From NCBI RefSeq assembly GCF_004010195.1, contig NC_057720.1, positions 12,030,543 to 12,094,542 on the forward strand: DNA of 64,000 nucleotides. The letters are read 5' to 3'. Origin of the DNA: Chiloscyllium plagiosum. Lineage: Eukaryota. Below the pieces are notes generated by a model. The model saw only the letters and a program-made list of their open reading frames with translations, had not been told where the DNA came from and did no database searches. Shown here piece after piece: positions 27,774 to 40,403 of this stretch (position 1 is the first letter of the stretch; each line of letters starts with the position of its first letter). Made by a program: the position numbers and the translations under genes.

Positions 27774-29585
27774 CTTCACAGCAACACCTTCCTGCAGGCT
27801 CCAGATTCAGGACTACCCACACGACAGGAAAAATAACTACAATTAAAAAGATGGCGCTATTTTGAGAAGAATACAGCTGCTTGTTAAAAAGCAAAGATTT
27901 CAGAAAAACACAATACCTTAAGGTTGTAATATTAGTACTCCACTAACTGCAAGCCACCTAGCAGGGAGTCTGCCACATCTTGCATTTTATAAAAAGATCA
28001 AAAGGATGGCTCCGTAAATGATCTTACACCATACAGATACTGCACCAACTTTTAACCAATGAATATTGTGAATGGGTTTATTTTTCTAAAATAAAAATTT
28101 AAGCTGTTGAAGCTAGTGTATGTCACTCTAGGACGTCAGCATCAACATGAAGCTCTATTTTTAGGTGTTCATATTCTGCTTTGCTCCGCAAACAAATCAC
28201 ATCCAGCCACTGGATTCAAATGAGAAATTCTGCAGCAGTAAAGAACCAATTCCAAAAGTATTTGTGTAAATGTACAAAGAGGAGACAGTAGCACAGTGCT
28301 AACTCCATGGGACTAGTAATTGAGAGGCCCAGGTTAATTCTCTGGGGTCATGGATTCAAATCTAACCATGGCAGTTAGTGGAATTTAAATTCAGTTGATA
28401 CATAGAATCCCTATAGTGCAGACAGAGGCCAATCGGCCCATCACGTTTGCACCATACAGCATCCTACCCTATCCCCATAACATTTAGCTTGGTTAACCAC
28501 CTAGCCTACACATCCCTAGACACTATGGGAAATTCAGCATGGCCAATCCAATCAAGCGGCGTATCTTTGGATTGTGGGAGAAATTGGAGCACCCAGAGGA
28601 AACCCACACAAAAAAAAGGAAGACTTTCCGTGTAGTGTTTGCACAGTCAATGGTCAGTACAAAAGTAACAAAAAGAAAGAAAGGGCAAAAAAAAGTCCAA
28701 GATCCATTTGTGGTATGAGACTTCTCCAAGCTTTGAAAAGGAACATGCTGGAATGGAACTTATCAAATTAAATGTTGTTAAATGTAGATCACAAATCGAA
28801 TTGGAATCGAAAGTTATGATGAGCATGGCAGGTATTGTGTGGCAGTATCAGTTGTTGTAAAATCCATTCAGTTCAGTAATATCCTTTCAGGGAGAAAATC
28901 TGGCATCCTTTCTCAGTCTGGGCTACACGTGATTCTAGACCCAAGGCAATAGGGCTGACCCTTGACTACCCTGTGAATTGGCCTAGCAAGCTAATGGCAA
29001 TTAGGGATTGTCAACAAATACTATCCTTGCCAGAAAGGCTGACATCTCCTGAAAGGATTTTAAAAGCTGATAGATCTCATATTGCTATCGGTACCATCTG
29101 CTACAAGGGTTGAACAAGAACCTTCAACATGCCCCACATTACTTCCAAGGGATATAGGAGTCAGTGGAGTATATAAAGTCCTGAAATAGTGAGTGTTCAG
29201 TTCCAGACAGGAAGAGAAAACAAGCCGCAGTAATGTCAGTAATTTATGGAGGGTAGAGAGCAGCAAAGGAAGAGTTGAAAAATGCAGGCTTAAAATAATA
29301 AAAAGTACAGATTAATAAGCAAGCAATGAGTGTGCAGACATGCTAGCCTTGTCACTGTGAAAGCTGTGGACACTGTCGTCATCTCCACAAAAGGAACTGG
29401 CTCAAGGGATTGAACTGTCTATTCTTCTTCTCATTAATGTTTGTGAATCACACACACCACAGAGGACTCCCAGCGAGTACTTTGCCTGACACGAACAAGA
29501 TCAACATAATAGTTAGAGAAGCTTTGAGAAGGTAAACAGAGAAAAAAAACAGCTGGTCAGAGTCAAAGACTACCTAATGTAAATA

Positions 29586-30407
29586 ACAGATGGGCCGATG
29601 AGTGGCAGATGGAGTCTAATTCAGATAAATGTGAGGTGCAGCATTTTGGAAAGGCAAATCAGGGTAGGACTGATATACTTAATGGTAAGGTCCTGGGGAG
29701 TGTTGCTGAACAAACAGACCTTGGAGTGCAGGTTCATAGTTCCTTCAAAGTGGAGACTCAGGTAGATAGGATAGTGAAGATGATGTTTGGTATGCTTTCT
29801 TTATTGGTCAGAGTACCGAGTACACGAGTTGGGGAGGTCATGTTACAGCTGTACAGGACATTAGTTAGGTCACTTTTGGAATATTATGTGCAATTCTGGT
29901 CTCCCTCCTATCGAAACGATGTTGTAAAATTTGAAAGGGCTCAGAAAAGATCTACAAGGATGTTGCTAGAGTTAGAAAGTTTCAGTTATAGGGAGAGGCT
30001 GAATAGGCTGGGGCTGGATCGCAGAGGCTGAGGGATGGCCTTTTAGAGGTTTATAACATCATAAGAGGCATGGATAGGGTAAATAGACAAGGTCTTTTCC
30101 CTGGGGTGGGGGAGCCCATAACTAGAAGGCATAGATTTATGTTGAGAGGGAAAACATTTCAAAGGGACCTAAGGGGGCAACGTTTTCATACAGAGAGTGG
30201 CGAGTGTATGGAATGAGTTGCCAGAGGCAGTGGAGGAGGCTGGTACAATTACAACATTTAAAAGGCAAGGGTACTTGAATACAAAGGGTTTAGAGGGATA
30301 TGGGTCAAGTGCTGACAAATGGGACTAGATTAGTTTAGGATATCTGGTCAGCATGGATGAGTTGGACAGAAGGGTCTGTTTCTGTGCTGTACATCTCAAT
30401 GACTCTA
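29586..30407 (+). mobile_element. CR1 LINE 3' fragment
   Basis: DKCEVQHFG...LYRTLVRSLLEYYVQFWSP; CR1-type 3' UTR. Confidence 0.9.
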
Positions 30408-31511
30408 ATTCACTAAGGGAGAGTAGAAGATACAGACAGCGGTTTCGATGTGGAATGTCCTATTGGAAATAATGGTAAAAACAAATTGCTGCAGCATCTA
30501 AGATCGGGGATAAAGTTTGAAAAATAAATTGGAAACAAAAAAAAAAATCAGCTGGCTGCAGAATGAGATTAAACTGGATAATTCTTCCAGAGAAATAAAA
30601 CTAGTGAGATTTGCTGAATGAATATTGAATCAATGCAACATGGGGGAATTACTGCCCAACGTGTTAGGCTAGGATGTTGAGGGTTACAAGCAGACAGCAA
30701 ACTAGGTTACAGACCAACCATGACCTCCAGACGACAGCCACATGATTTAATTGAATGGCAGAATAAGCTTTTAGGGTTGCATAGATTTCTAGTTACTGCT
30801 GACATCCAATGATAAAGAGGCAACACAGGAATATGGTATTAAAGTCATTGATCAGCCATGACCAAGAATGGTGGAGCAGACTGGAGAATTGAATGGCTAT
30901 TCCTTTTTCTGTGACCCTATAGCCATTGCCAGTTCCTTGAAACATAGATATGGCTTAACAGAATGGATAAAAAAACCTGAAGAATGGAAATCCATTTTAA
31001 AATAAGAGAAAATTGAAGGAGGCATTTGATGCCATTCCAATATTTGATTGAATTAACTGGTTCATTCTTGCATCTGAATCAGAAGGTCTGTGGTCCTTGA
31101 GCTCTAAATTACTGGAACATGCAATCTAGGATGGCAATCCAAAACATTACCATATTATCAGGAGCAAACATCTCTGATGTTAATCTTTCTGCTTGGGCAA
31201 GTGGAAAGCTAAAACTACAATGATAAGGCTTATATTAAATCCAGAAAATGTTCATAAACTGGCCTTTCCTCGTCAATTTAGACGGTTTCCAGACTACCAT
31301 GCTGTTAGGACCCTTTTCATATCCAGTTGTTTCAACAGGGTGTACAAATCATCATGAGGTTACAAATAAACTCCATTTAATCCTCAACAAACATTAGCTA
31401 GGCAATTAACGAACTTGGTGTTCTTGGGACCTTATGTACAAAACAGTTGCCTGACAGCCACTATTTTGTTGGCAATAATAATTCAACAGCAGCAATAGAC
31501 GTATTTCTGTG

Positions 31512-31737
31512 TCGAGAGTATGGTGCTGGAAAAGCACAGCAGGTCAGGCAGCATCCGAGGAGCAGGAGAATCGACGTTGCGGGCATAAGCCCTTCATCAG
31601 GAAAGATGTTTCCTGATGAAGGGCTTATGCCCGAAACATCAATTCACCTGCTCCTCAGCTGCTGCCTGACCTGCTGTGCTTTTCCAGCACCACACTCTCG
31701 ACTCTGATCTCCAGTATCTGCAGTCCTCACTTTCTAC
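31512..31737. mobile_element. Palindromic Penelope-derived mini-element
   Basis: Long inverted arms centred at ~31606; mutated hammerhead cores on both strands. Confidence 0.8.
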
Positions 31738-33614
31738 TAGGTATATTTACCTGGCCTGCTAAATGTGATGAAACATCCAGAGGTGTTTCACTGGACCGTT
31801 ATGAAGCAAAACTGAACATTGAGAACAAATGACCAATGGTTTGCCAAGGCAGATTTTAAGACGCTTTTTCAAAGAAGGAGGGTTTTTAGTAAGAGAATTC
31901 CAGAGTTTAGGCACTGAAGGCAGAGCCAACACAGGTATTCACAAGGTCAGAATTAATGCAAATATTTTAGAGGATTGAGAGGTTCGAAGAGACTAGAGAT
32001 AGGTAAAAGCGAGAACATTAGGATTTGAAAACAAGGTTTGGAATAAAAAATCCAAGTGTTGCTTAACTGGAAGTCAGTGTAAGTCAATGAACACAGGGGT
32101 GGCTTTTGCCCGAAACGTCGATTTTACTGCTCCTCCGATGCTGCCTGAACTGCTGTGCTCTTCCAGCACCACTAATCCAGAATCTGGTTTCCAGCATCTG
32201 CAGTCATTGTTTTTAGCTGAAAATGTGTTGCTGGAAAAGCGCAGCAGCAACACATTTTCAGCTCTGATCTCCAGCATCTGCAGTCCTCACTTTCTCCTCG
32301 AAGTTTTCAATCATTGCTTTTACCCAATGAATACAGGGGTCATGGGTGAAAGAGACTTCCTGTGAGAAAGATGCTGCACAACTGGGTTTAAAATAACCTC
32401 AAATTTATGAGGGGCAGAATATGGAAGGTTGATCATTAGTGCATTGGAATGGTTAATCTAAAAGCAGTAAAAGACACAAATGAGACTTTCAGCAATTAAT
32501 TAATTGAAGCAATGTCAGAATCTAGGGGTGTAATGAAGGTTGAAGTAGATGATCTTAATGGTGCTGTGAATATGGGGTGGGTCAGAAGTTCATCTCAACT
32601 TCAAGATACGACACTAAGCCTGCAAACAGACTGGTTCAGCGTCCAGATGATTGATAGGAAGAGGAGCTTGCTGCAGAGATTAAACACAATGGCTGCAACA
32701 TATTTACATTCGACCAGTTGTGACTTAGGAAGTCGAGACAAGAATACCTAATCATAATTGGAAGCAGGAACTCAAGACTGCAATTTAAATGACCTCCATT
32801 CAACACTCAAAAATTGGCATCCATAAGCAGCAGGGCCTGGTCGGCAGGACACAGTTAGTGCTTGAGCGTGTGATCTACTTTGATGAGAGACTATTACTAT
32901 AGTATGCCATTTTGACCAGTATTAAAATGAACAAATAGGACATAAGTGGAATATTTTAAACGAGAAAATGAGAACAAACAAACAAACAAACAAACAAACA
33001 AACAGTCTGTTGCACAAAAGGTTTGAGAGCATGTGGACGGCACTGGGTCAAAGGGCCAATCAGAAATCAATGTTGGTTTAAATGGGAGATCACTTGGAGA
33101 AGACAGACAAAAACTAGGATTAAGCCAAGAAAAGCTGCTGCTGTGGTCCAACAGCTTTAATATGACAACATACCAGCTTTAATATGACAACAGGCTCATC
33201 AGAGCCTGTTCGCTCAAGGCTAGTGGCATCGTTTTCTCAATGTACTTTTCATCTTTTTTCTCTCTCTTCTTTATCTCTTCAAGACTGGGGCAGTGGTGGT
33301 GAAGCCCAGAGCAAGGACTCCTGGCGGTGGCGGTACCCGGAACGAGGTCTTCTGGCCATACTAGGCCCCGAGTCTGGACTCTTGATGGCGTCAGCAGTAC
33401 AGCCAGGGTGCCCGGGGGCATGGGCACCATTGTTGCTGTTCCTGGAGTGGGACTCCTTGAGGACCGGAACACCTTGCAGAGATCTCACAGAAGCTGTGCT
33501 CGAGGCCCAGTTTGAACAGAAGGTGAACTCTTAAGTAATTTCTTTTTATCCTTATTATAACTCAAAATGGTGGCTGATTGTGGTGACAAATCAGTTTGCA
33601 CAGTATCTTCAAAT

Positions 33615-33932
33615 AGATTTAGATTAGATTACTTACAGTGTGGAAACAGGCCCTTCGGCCCAACAAGTCCACACCGCCCTGCCGAAGCGCAACCCACCCA
33701 TACCCCCACATTTTTACCCCTTACCTAACACTATGGGCAATTTAGCATGGCCAATTCACCTGACCTGCACATCTTTGGACTGTGGGAGGAAACCGGAGCA
33801 TCCGGAGGAAACCCACGCAGACACGGGGAGAACGTGCAAACTCCACACAGTCAGTCGCCTGAGGTGGGAATTGAACCCGGGTCTCTGGCGCTGTGAGGCA
33901 GCAGTGCTAACCACTGTGCCACCGTGCCACCC
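33615..33932 (-). mobile_element. HE1-type V-SINE, young copy
   Basis: Reverse complement of the 6424 element, with an (AGATT)n tail at ~33615. Confidence 0.88.
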
Positions 33933-34376
33933 ACAAGATATATGTGATAATGAATCATTCACTCATACAACTGCCTACTCATCGATGAAGACTGATTGAA
34001 CTCGCTGATAGAAAACCAATCAAGTTTATGTCACAGTTATTTCAAACAAATAGAAATGGGGAGATTTAATAATTTTAAGGCAAAGTTAATTCAACACCCT
34101 TGTTGGTCACAAATCTAAAATTATTAGGTGAAGCAGAAATATGCATTAAAGCATGATCTTGTTAAATGGTAGAGCAGGCTAAAAAGGCTTAATGCCCTAC
34201 ACCTACTCCTAATGGGTTCTTGCAAGATTATTTTAATGCATTCATGAGATCTAGGTGTCACTGGCTGGGCCAGCATTTATTGACCAAGCAGGTTGTCATT
34301 AAGAAAATGGTGAACTGCATTCTTGAACCACTGCAGTCCATTTGGTTTAGACAGACTCACAATGCCATTAATAATT

Positions 34377-34613
34377 TGGAGATGCCGGTGTTGGACTGGG
34401 GTGTACAAAGTTAAAAATCACAACACCAGGTTATAGTCCAACAGGTTTAATTGAAAGCACACTAGCTTTCGGAGCAACGCTCCTTCATCAGGTGATTGTC
34501 CTGATCACCTGATGTCCTGACAATCACCTGATGAAGGAGCGTCGCTCCGAAAGCTAGTGTGCTTCCAATTAAACCTGTTGGACTATAACCTGGTGTTGTG
34601 TGATTTTTAACCT
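34377..34613. mobile_element. Palindromic mini-element of a second family, with two hammerhead motifs and a 16-bp TSD
   Basis: TSD AATGCCATTAATRATT at 34361-34376 and 34614-34629; arms ~34410-34505 and ~34515-34611. Confidence 0.85.
34525..34559 (+). ncRNA. Minimal type I hammerhead ribozyme motif
   Basis: CAC-CTGATGA-A-GGAGC(GTC)GCTCC-GAAA-GC-TA/GTG: stem I CAC:GTG, stem II 5 bp, palindromic AGCT stem III. An antisense copy lies at 34460-34494. Confidence 0.72.
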
Positions 34614-34629
34614 AATGCCATTAATGATT

Positions 34630-37600
34630 GAATCCTACAGTCCTCCCTTGGCTGATGAATCAGTATTCTTCCATGTTGAACAACACTTGGAGGAAGCACG
34701 GAGGGTCACAATGGCGCAGAATGTACTCTGGGTGAGGGATTTCAACATCCACCAAGAGTGGCTCGGCAGCAGCACTATTGATCAAGTTGGTCGTGTCTGA
34801 CAGGACTGAATTGCGAGACTGGGTCTGCGGCAGGTGGCGAGGAAACTAACATAGAACAATACAGCGCAGAACAGGCTCTTTGGCCCTCGATGTTGCACCG
34901 AGCTGTGAACTACTCTCAGCTCGTCCCCCTACACTATCCCAAAATCATCCATGTGCTTATCAAAAGACTGTTTAAATCTCCCTAATGTGGCTGAGTTGAC
35001 TATAGTAGCAGGTAGGGCATTCCACACCCTGACCACACACTGCGTAAAGAACCTGCCTCTGACATCTGTCTTAAATCTATCACCCTTCAATTTGTAGTTA
35101 TGCTCCCTCATACATGCTGACGTCATCATCCGAGGAAAAAGACTTTCACTGTCTACCCTATCTAATCCTCTGATCATCTTGTGTATCTCTATCAAATCCC
35201 CTCTTAGCCTTCTTCTTGCCAATGAGAACAGGTTCAAGTCTCTCAGCCTTTCCTCATAAGACCTTCCATCCAGACCAGGCAACCTCCTGGTAAATCTCCT
35301 CTGCACCTTTCCAATGCTTCCACATCCTTCCCAAAATATGGGGACCAGAACTGTACACAATATTCCAAGTGTGGCCGCACCAGCATTTTGTATAGTTGCA
35401 GCATGATATTCCGGCTCTGGAACTCAATCCCTCTACGAATGAAACCTAACACACCATATGCCTTCTTAACAGCACTATCCACCTGGGTAGCAACTTTCAG
35501 GGATCTATGTACATGGACTTCAAGATCCCTCTGCACACCCACACTACTAAGAATCTTTCCATCGACCCAATACTCTACCTTCCTGTTATTCTTCCCAAAG
35601 TGCATCACCTCACATTTAGCTGCACTGAACTACATTTGCCACCCCTCAGCCCAATTCTGCAGTTTATCCAAGTCCCCCGCAATCTGTAACATTCTTCCAC
35701 ACTGTCCACTACTCCACCGACCTTAGTGTCGTCTGCAAATTTATTAATCCATCCACCTATGCCTGCATCTAAGTCATTTATAAAAATGACAATCAGCAGT
35801 GGTCCCAAAATAGATTCTTGTGGAACACCACTAGTAACCAGACTCCAGGCTGAATATTTTCCATCAACCACCACTCGCTGCCTTCTTTCAGAAAGCCAGT
35901 TTCCAATCCAAACTGCTAAATCATGCTCGATTCCATGCCTCTGCATTTTCTCCAACAGCCTAACAATAAAAGGAAAAAACATACTTGACCTCATCCTGAG
36001 CAATCTGCAGACTGCAAATACATCTGTCCATGACAATATCAGTAAGAGTAACCATCACGGAGTCCTTGTGGAGAGAAGTTCCGAATTCACATGACGAATA
36101 CCCTCCATTATGCTTGTGGCACTATCACTGTGCTAAATGGGGTAGATAGCCAGTTTGCTATTTAACCATTTAGCAAACTGGTCCAGTAACTCAAGACCGG
36201 GCATCCACGAGGTGCTGTGGCCATCAAAAACAGCAATGTTGTACTCCTGCAGTACCTGCAACCCTCATAGCCTGACAGACCCCCCAACTCAACCATTACA
36301 ATCAAGCCAAGGGATCAACCCTGGTTAAATGGAGAGTGCATGACGGCCTGCCAGGAGCATCACCGGGCAAACCTGAAAATGAGGTGTCAGTCTGGTGAAG
36401 CTACCAAACAGGACTACTTGCATGCCAAACAGCATAAGCAGCAAGTGATAGACACAGCTAAACGATCATACAACCAATGGTGCAGATCTAAGCTCTGTAG
36501 GCCTGCCACATCCAGTCGTGAATGGTGGAGGAGGCAGCTCCACAAATATCCCCATCCTCAATGATGGGGTAGCCTAACACAGTGTAAACGATAGCTCTCA
36601 TGAAGAGTCATCTAGACTCAAAATGTTACCTTACTCTCTCTCCATGGAAGCTGCCTGACCCGCTGGGACTTCTAGCATTTTCTGTTTTCAAAGCTAAGGC
36701 TGAAGCATTCAGACAGAACTGCTGAGTCTTTGATGCATCTCAGCCTTCTCCAGTGGTCCCCAGCATCACAGATATCAGTCTTCAGCCAATTCTAGTCACT
36801 CCAGGTGATATCAAGAAATGGGCGAAATCCATTTTACTTTTTATTGTTTTTAACTTATTCATGGGCTGAAGACACTTCTGGCTAGGCCAACATTTATGGA
36901 CCATCCCTATTTGCCTAGAGGGCAGTTCAGAGTCAACCACATTGCTGTCGATCTGGAGTCACATGTACACCAGACCAGGTAAGGATAACAATTTCCTTGC
37001 CTAAAAGGACACAATAGTGAACCAGATGGGTTTTTCCTGACAACAAAGGTTTCATGGTCATCATTAGTGCCTTTATTCAAGATTTTAACTGTATTTAAAT
37101 TCCACCCTTAGCTGTGGTGGGATTCTGCGTGCCCAGAAATACCTGCGTCTCAGGGTTAGTAGTCCACAATAAGGCCATTAGGCCACCACCTCTCCTATGA
37201 TACTGCGAAGGCTATGGGTTCTGACAACATTCCGGTAATAGTACTTCAGAACATGGCACTCCCCTAGCCAAGCTGTTCCAGTACAAATATAACTCTGGCA
37301 TCTACCTGACAAAGTTGAAAATTTCCCATTCGCACACACTGTACATAAAAAGCAGGAGAAATCCAACCTGGCCAGTTATCACCCCATCAGTCTACTCTTG
37401 ATCATTGGTAAAGTGATGGAGGGTGTCATCAACAGTGCTATCGAGCAACATCTGCTCAGTGATGTCCAGTTTGGTTTCCACAAGGGCCACTCAACTCCTG
37501 ACTTCAATACAGCCTTGGTTCAAACATGGACAAAAGAGTTGAATACCAAAGGTGAGGCAAGAGTGACAGTCCTGACATCATCGGCACATTAGATCGAGCA

Positions 37601-38690
37601 TGGCATAATGGAGCCCTAGCAAAATTGGAATCAATGGTTATCAGTGGCAAATTGTCTGCTGGTTGGAGTCATACCTAGCACATAGGAAAATGGTTGTGGA
37701 TTTTGGAGGTCCATCATCTCTTCTGCAGAACATCTCTGCAGGAGGTCCTCAGGGTAGTATCTTAGGCTCAAACATCTTCAGGTGCTTTCTTAAATGACCT
37801 TTCCTCCAACATAGGGTCAGAAGTGGGGATGTTTGCTGACAATTGCACAAAGTTCAACAACATTCACTTCTGCTCAGATACCAAACCAGTCCATGTTCAA
37901 ATGCAGCAAGATCTGGACAATATCCAAGCTTGGGCTGAGAAGTGGCAAGTAACATTCACACAAATGCCAGATAATGACTCTCACCAATAAGAGACAATTG
38001 AATCACTATCCCTTGACATTCAATGGTGTTGCCATCACTAAATCCCCCGCGATGAAAATCCTGCAGGCCACCATTGGTCAGAAACTCAACTGGACTCACC
38101 ACATAAACACAGTGGCTACAAAAGCAGATTAGAGGCTATGAATACTGCAGCAATTAACACGCTTGCTGACTCTCCAAAGTCTGTCCACCACCTACAAGGC
38201 ATAAATCATGAATGTGATGGAATACTTCCCACTTACCTGGATTGGTACAGCTCCAACAACACTCAAGAAGCTTGACACCATCCAGGACAAAGCAGCCCAA
38301 TTGCTTAGCACCACATCCACAAAAATCCACTCCCTCCAGCACGGATGCGGATTCGCAGCAGTATGTACAACCGACAAGATGCACTGCAGAAGTTCATCAA
38401 AGATCCTTAGACAGCACCTTTCAAATCCGTGACCAGGGGCACAGATACATAGGAACATCATCACCTTCAAGTTCCCCTCCAAGCCACTCATCATCCCGAG
38501 TTGGAAATATATGACTGTTCCTTCTCAGTCGCTAGGGAGGGAATTCCAGAATTCGGACTCAATGCCATTGTGGGTCAGCCCACAGCAGGTGTACTGCAGG
38601 AATTCGAGAAAGCAGCTCACCACCACCTTCTTAATAGCAACTAGAGATGGGCAATAAATGCTGGTCAGCCAATACACCCACATCTGACAA
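34630..38690 (+). mobile_element. Decayed CR1/L2-group LINE of a second family (APE + RT), interrupted by later insertions
   Basis: APE motifs VLWVRDFNIH and NILDLILSN; RT motifs QFGFHKGHSTPD and PQGSILG. Its 3' UTR also occurs as separate fragments at ~55620-56100, ~59470-59700 and ~59990-60480. Confidence 0.75.
34848..35962 (-). mobile_element. CR1 LINE 3' fragment nested in another LINE
   Basis: RQRVVVDG...GVPQESILGP...FADDTK; LVRPHLEYCVQFWSP; RGDLIEIHKM. Confidence 0.9.
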
Positions 38691-40403
38691 AACAAAATTA
38701 TTTTGCCAGCCACAACATCAGGTTGGCAAGTGGTTTGGAGGGAAACTTGCACATGTGTTTATGGCATTCCTATGCACCTGCCTCTCTTGTCTAAATCAAA
38801 ACAGTCATGGGTTTGGAAGGTGCTTGTGAAGGAGGCTTGGTTAATTTTTGCAGATCAGCAGCTGTAGATCACAACAGATTTGACATAACATGCATCCAGA
38901 AATGGAAATTGGAAATCACATTCTATCTTCAATAATCCAGCTCTCAGGACAAATAATGGCACCTGTTCCTAATGTCAAGACTTAACTGGGAAAAGTGCAC
39001 TGATAACAGAGCCCCACTGTTCCACAAACCATCACAAAATATGGAAAATACCAATGAGACCACAGCAATGATTAATTTACTTGACTGATTGCTATTTAGG
39101 ATAAAACAATTCACACCAGGATTCATCATTAACCTAAAATGACTACTTATTGGAAGCACATTTTATTTTAACAAATAGGAAAAAAAAGGATTGATAATCT
39201 CTACTATGCAACTCAAAATATACCCATTAAAGACCCCAAATACACACACATTAATTCACAATTACGGACAGTTTGAGATATTATGGGTGTAAAAAATATA
39301 GACAGGGAATAAACCTTCGTACATCACAAGTCCAGGTCAGAAGAGTAGTAAATTGTGTCTCAGTTAGTTTTGATGACACACTGTTGACTATAAAGTGATT
39401 GTTCTTCTTCATTTCAATAACCGATTGGGTGGATTCAGGTCTTATCTTGTTAGAATTCTTTTGGGCTTCCCTGGTTTTCTCACTCACATGAAGCAAGATG
39501 TTTTCAATTCACAGGCTCTGGATGTCTCTGGCTTTTCTGAACTTAGAGTTTAGCAAATTGCTGCTGAACCAATCTGAGGGCAGTCTTCGGGCAGTCCTTC
39601 ACGAACTGAAAGATTCTTGGTGCCTTTGACCCAATTAAATATCAATCTTGCTGGAAGAGCAACAATTCCTTGCACAACTAAAAATGGCCACTACGTGACT
39701 TCTCCAAGTTGCAAAACACTTCTGGTATTTTAGTTATATGTCAATCCAACTTCTATTCCAGTTTATAGTTGAAAGAGGAAAATATTTGCTCCTTAATATT
39801 GCAATTGTACCTCTTAGCTTGGAACATCTAAATGTTTGGAGATAGTGAAGGGAATAGTGTCTACACTTCCAAAATATTGACTGGGAAGTGAACAAAAGTG
39901 CCCAGAAAAGAAAAGTGATCCCTGTCAATTTTTAAAAATACAATATCTACCTTACATTTTTTTTCCATATTCCATGTTCAGAAAACATCTCAAAGTGCTT
40001 CACAGGAACAAATCCAAGAAAAATAAACACAGTCAAAGAGAAAAATATTAGGACAGCTGATTAAAAGCTTGGTCAACAGTATAAGTTTTTAATAACATCT
40101 TAGAAGAGAGAAAGGCGGAGCTTTTAGGGAGGGAATTTCAGAAGTTAAAGCCAAGACAGTGAAAAGCATGACACCAAGAGGAGGGACAAAAGTGATTGAA
40201 GCTGCACAAGAGGCCAGAGTTGGAGGAATGCAGCATTCTGACAGATTGGGAAGGACAAAGCAATTATACACTAAAGGGATAAATCAAAGTAGTGAGTAGC
40301 AGTGATGCTATGGAGGGGTATCACATTTCAGCTAGTCAGATTGTGAAGTAGACTGCATGATGAGAGTTTGGAACCCCTCAACATTGACGCTTATACAGAA
40401 GTG

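Noticed and set aside
33180..33610. USP33 exon 1 / CpG island
   Set aside because: Only modest CpG content and no convincing minus-strand donor; it ends in sequence resembling a LINE 3' tail.
34630..38690. Active LINE or domesticated RT gene
   Set aside because: Many stops, frameshifts and nested insertions. No intact RT or Penelope ORF exists anywhere in the window.
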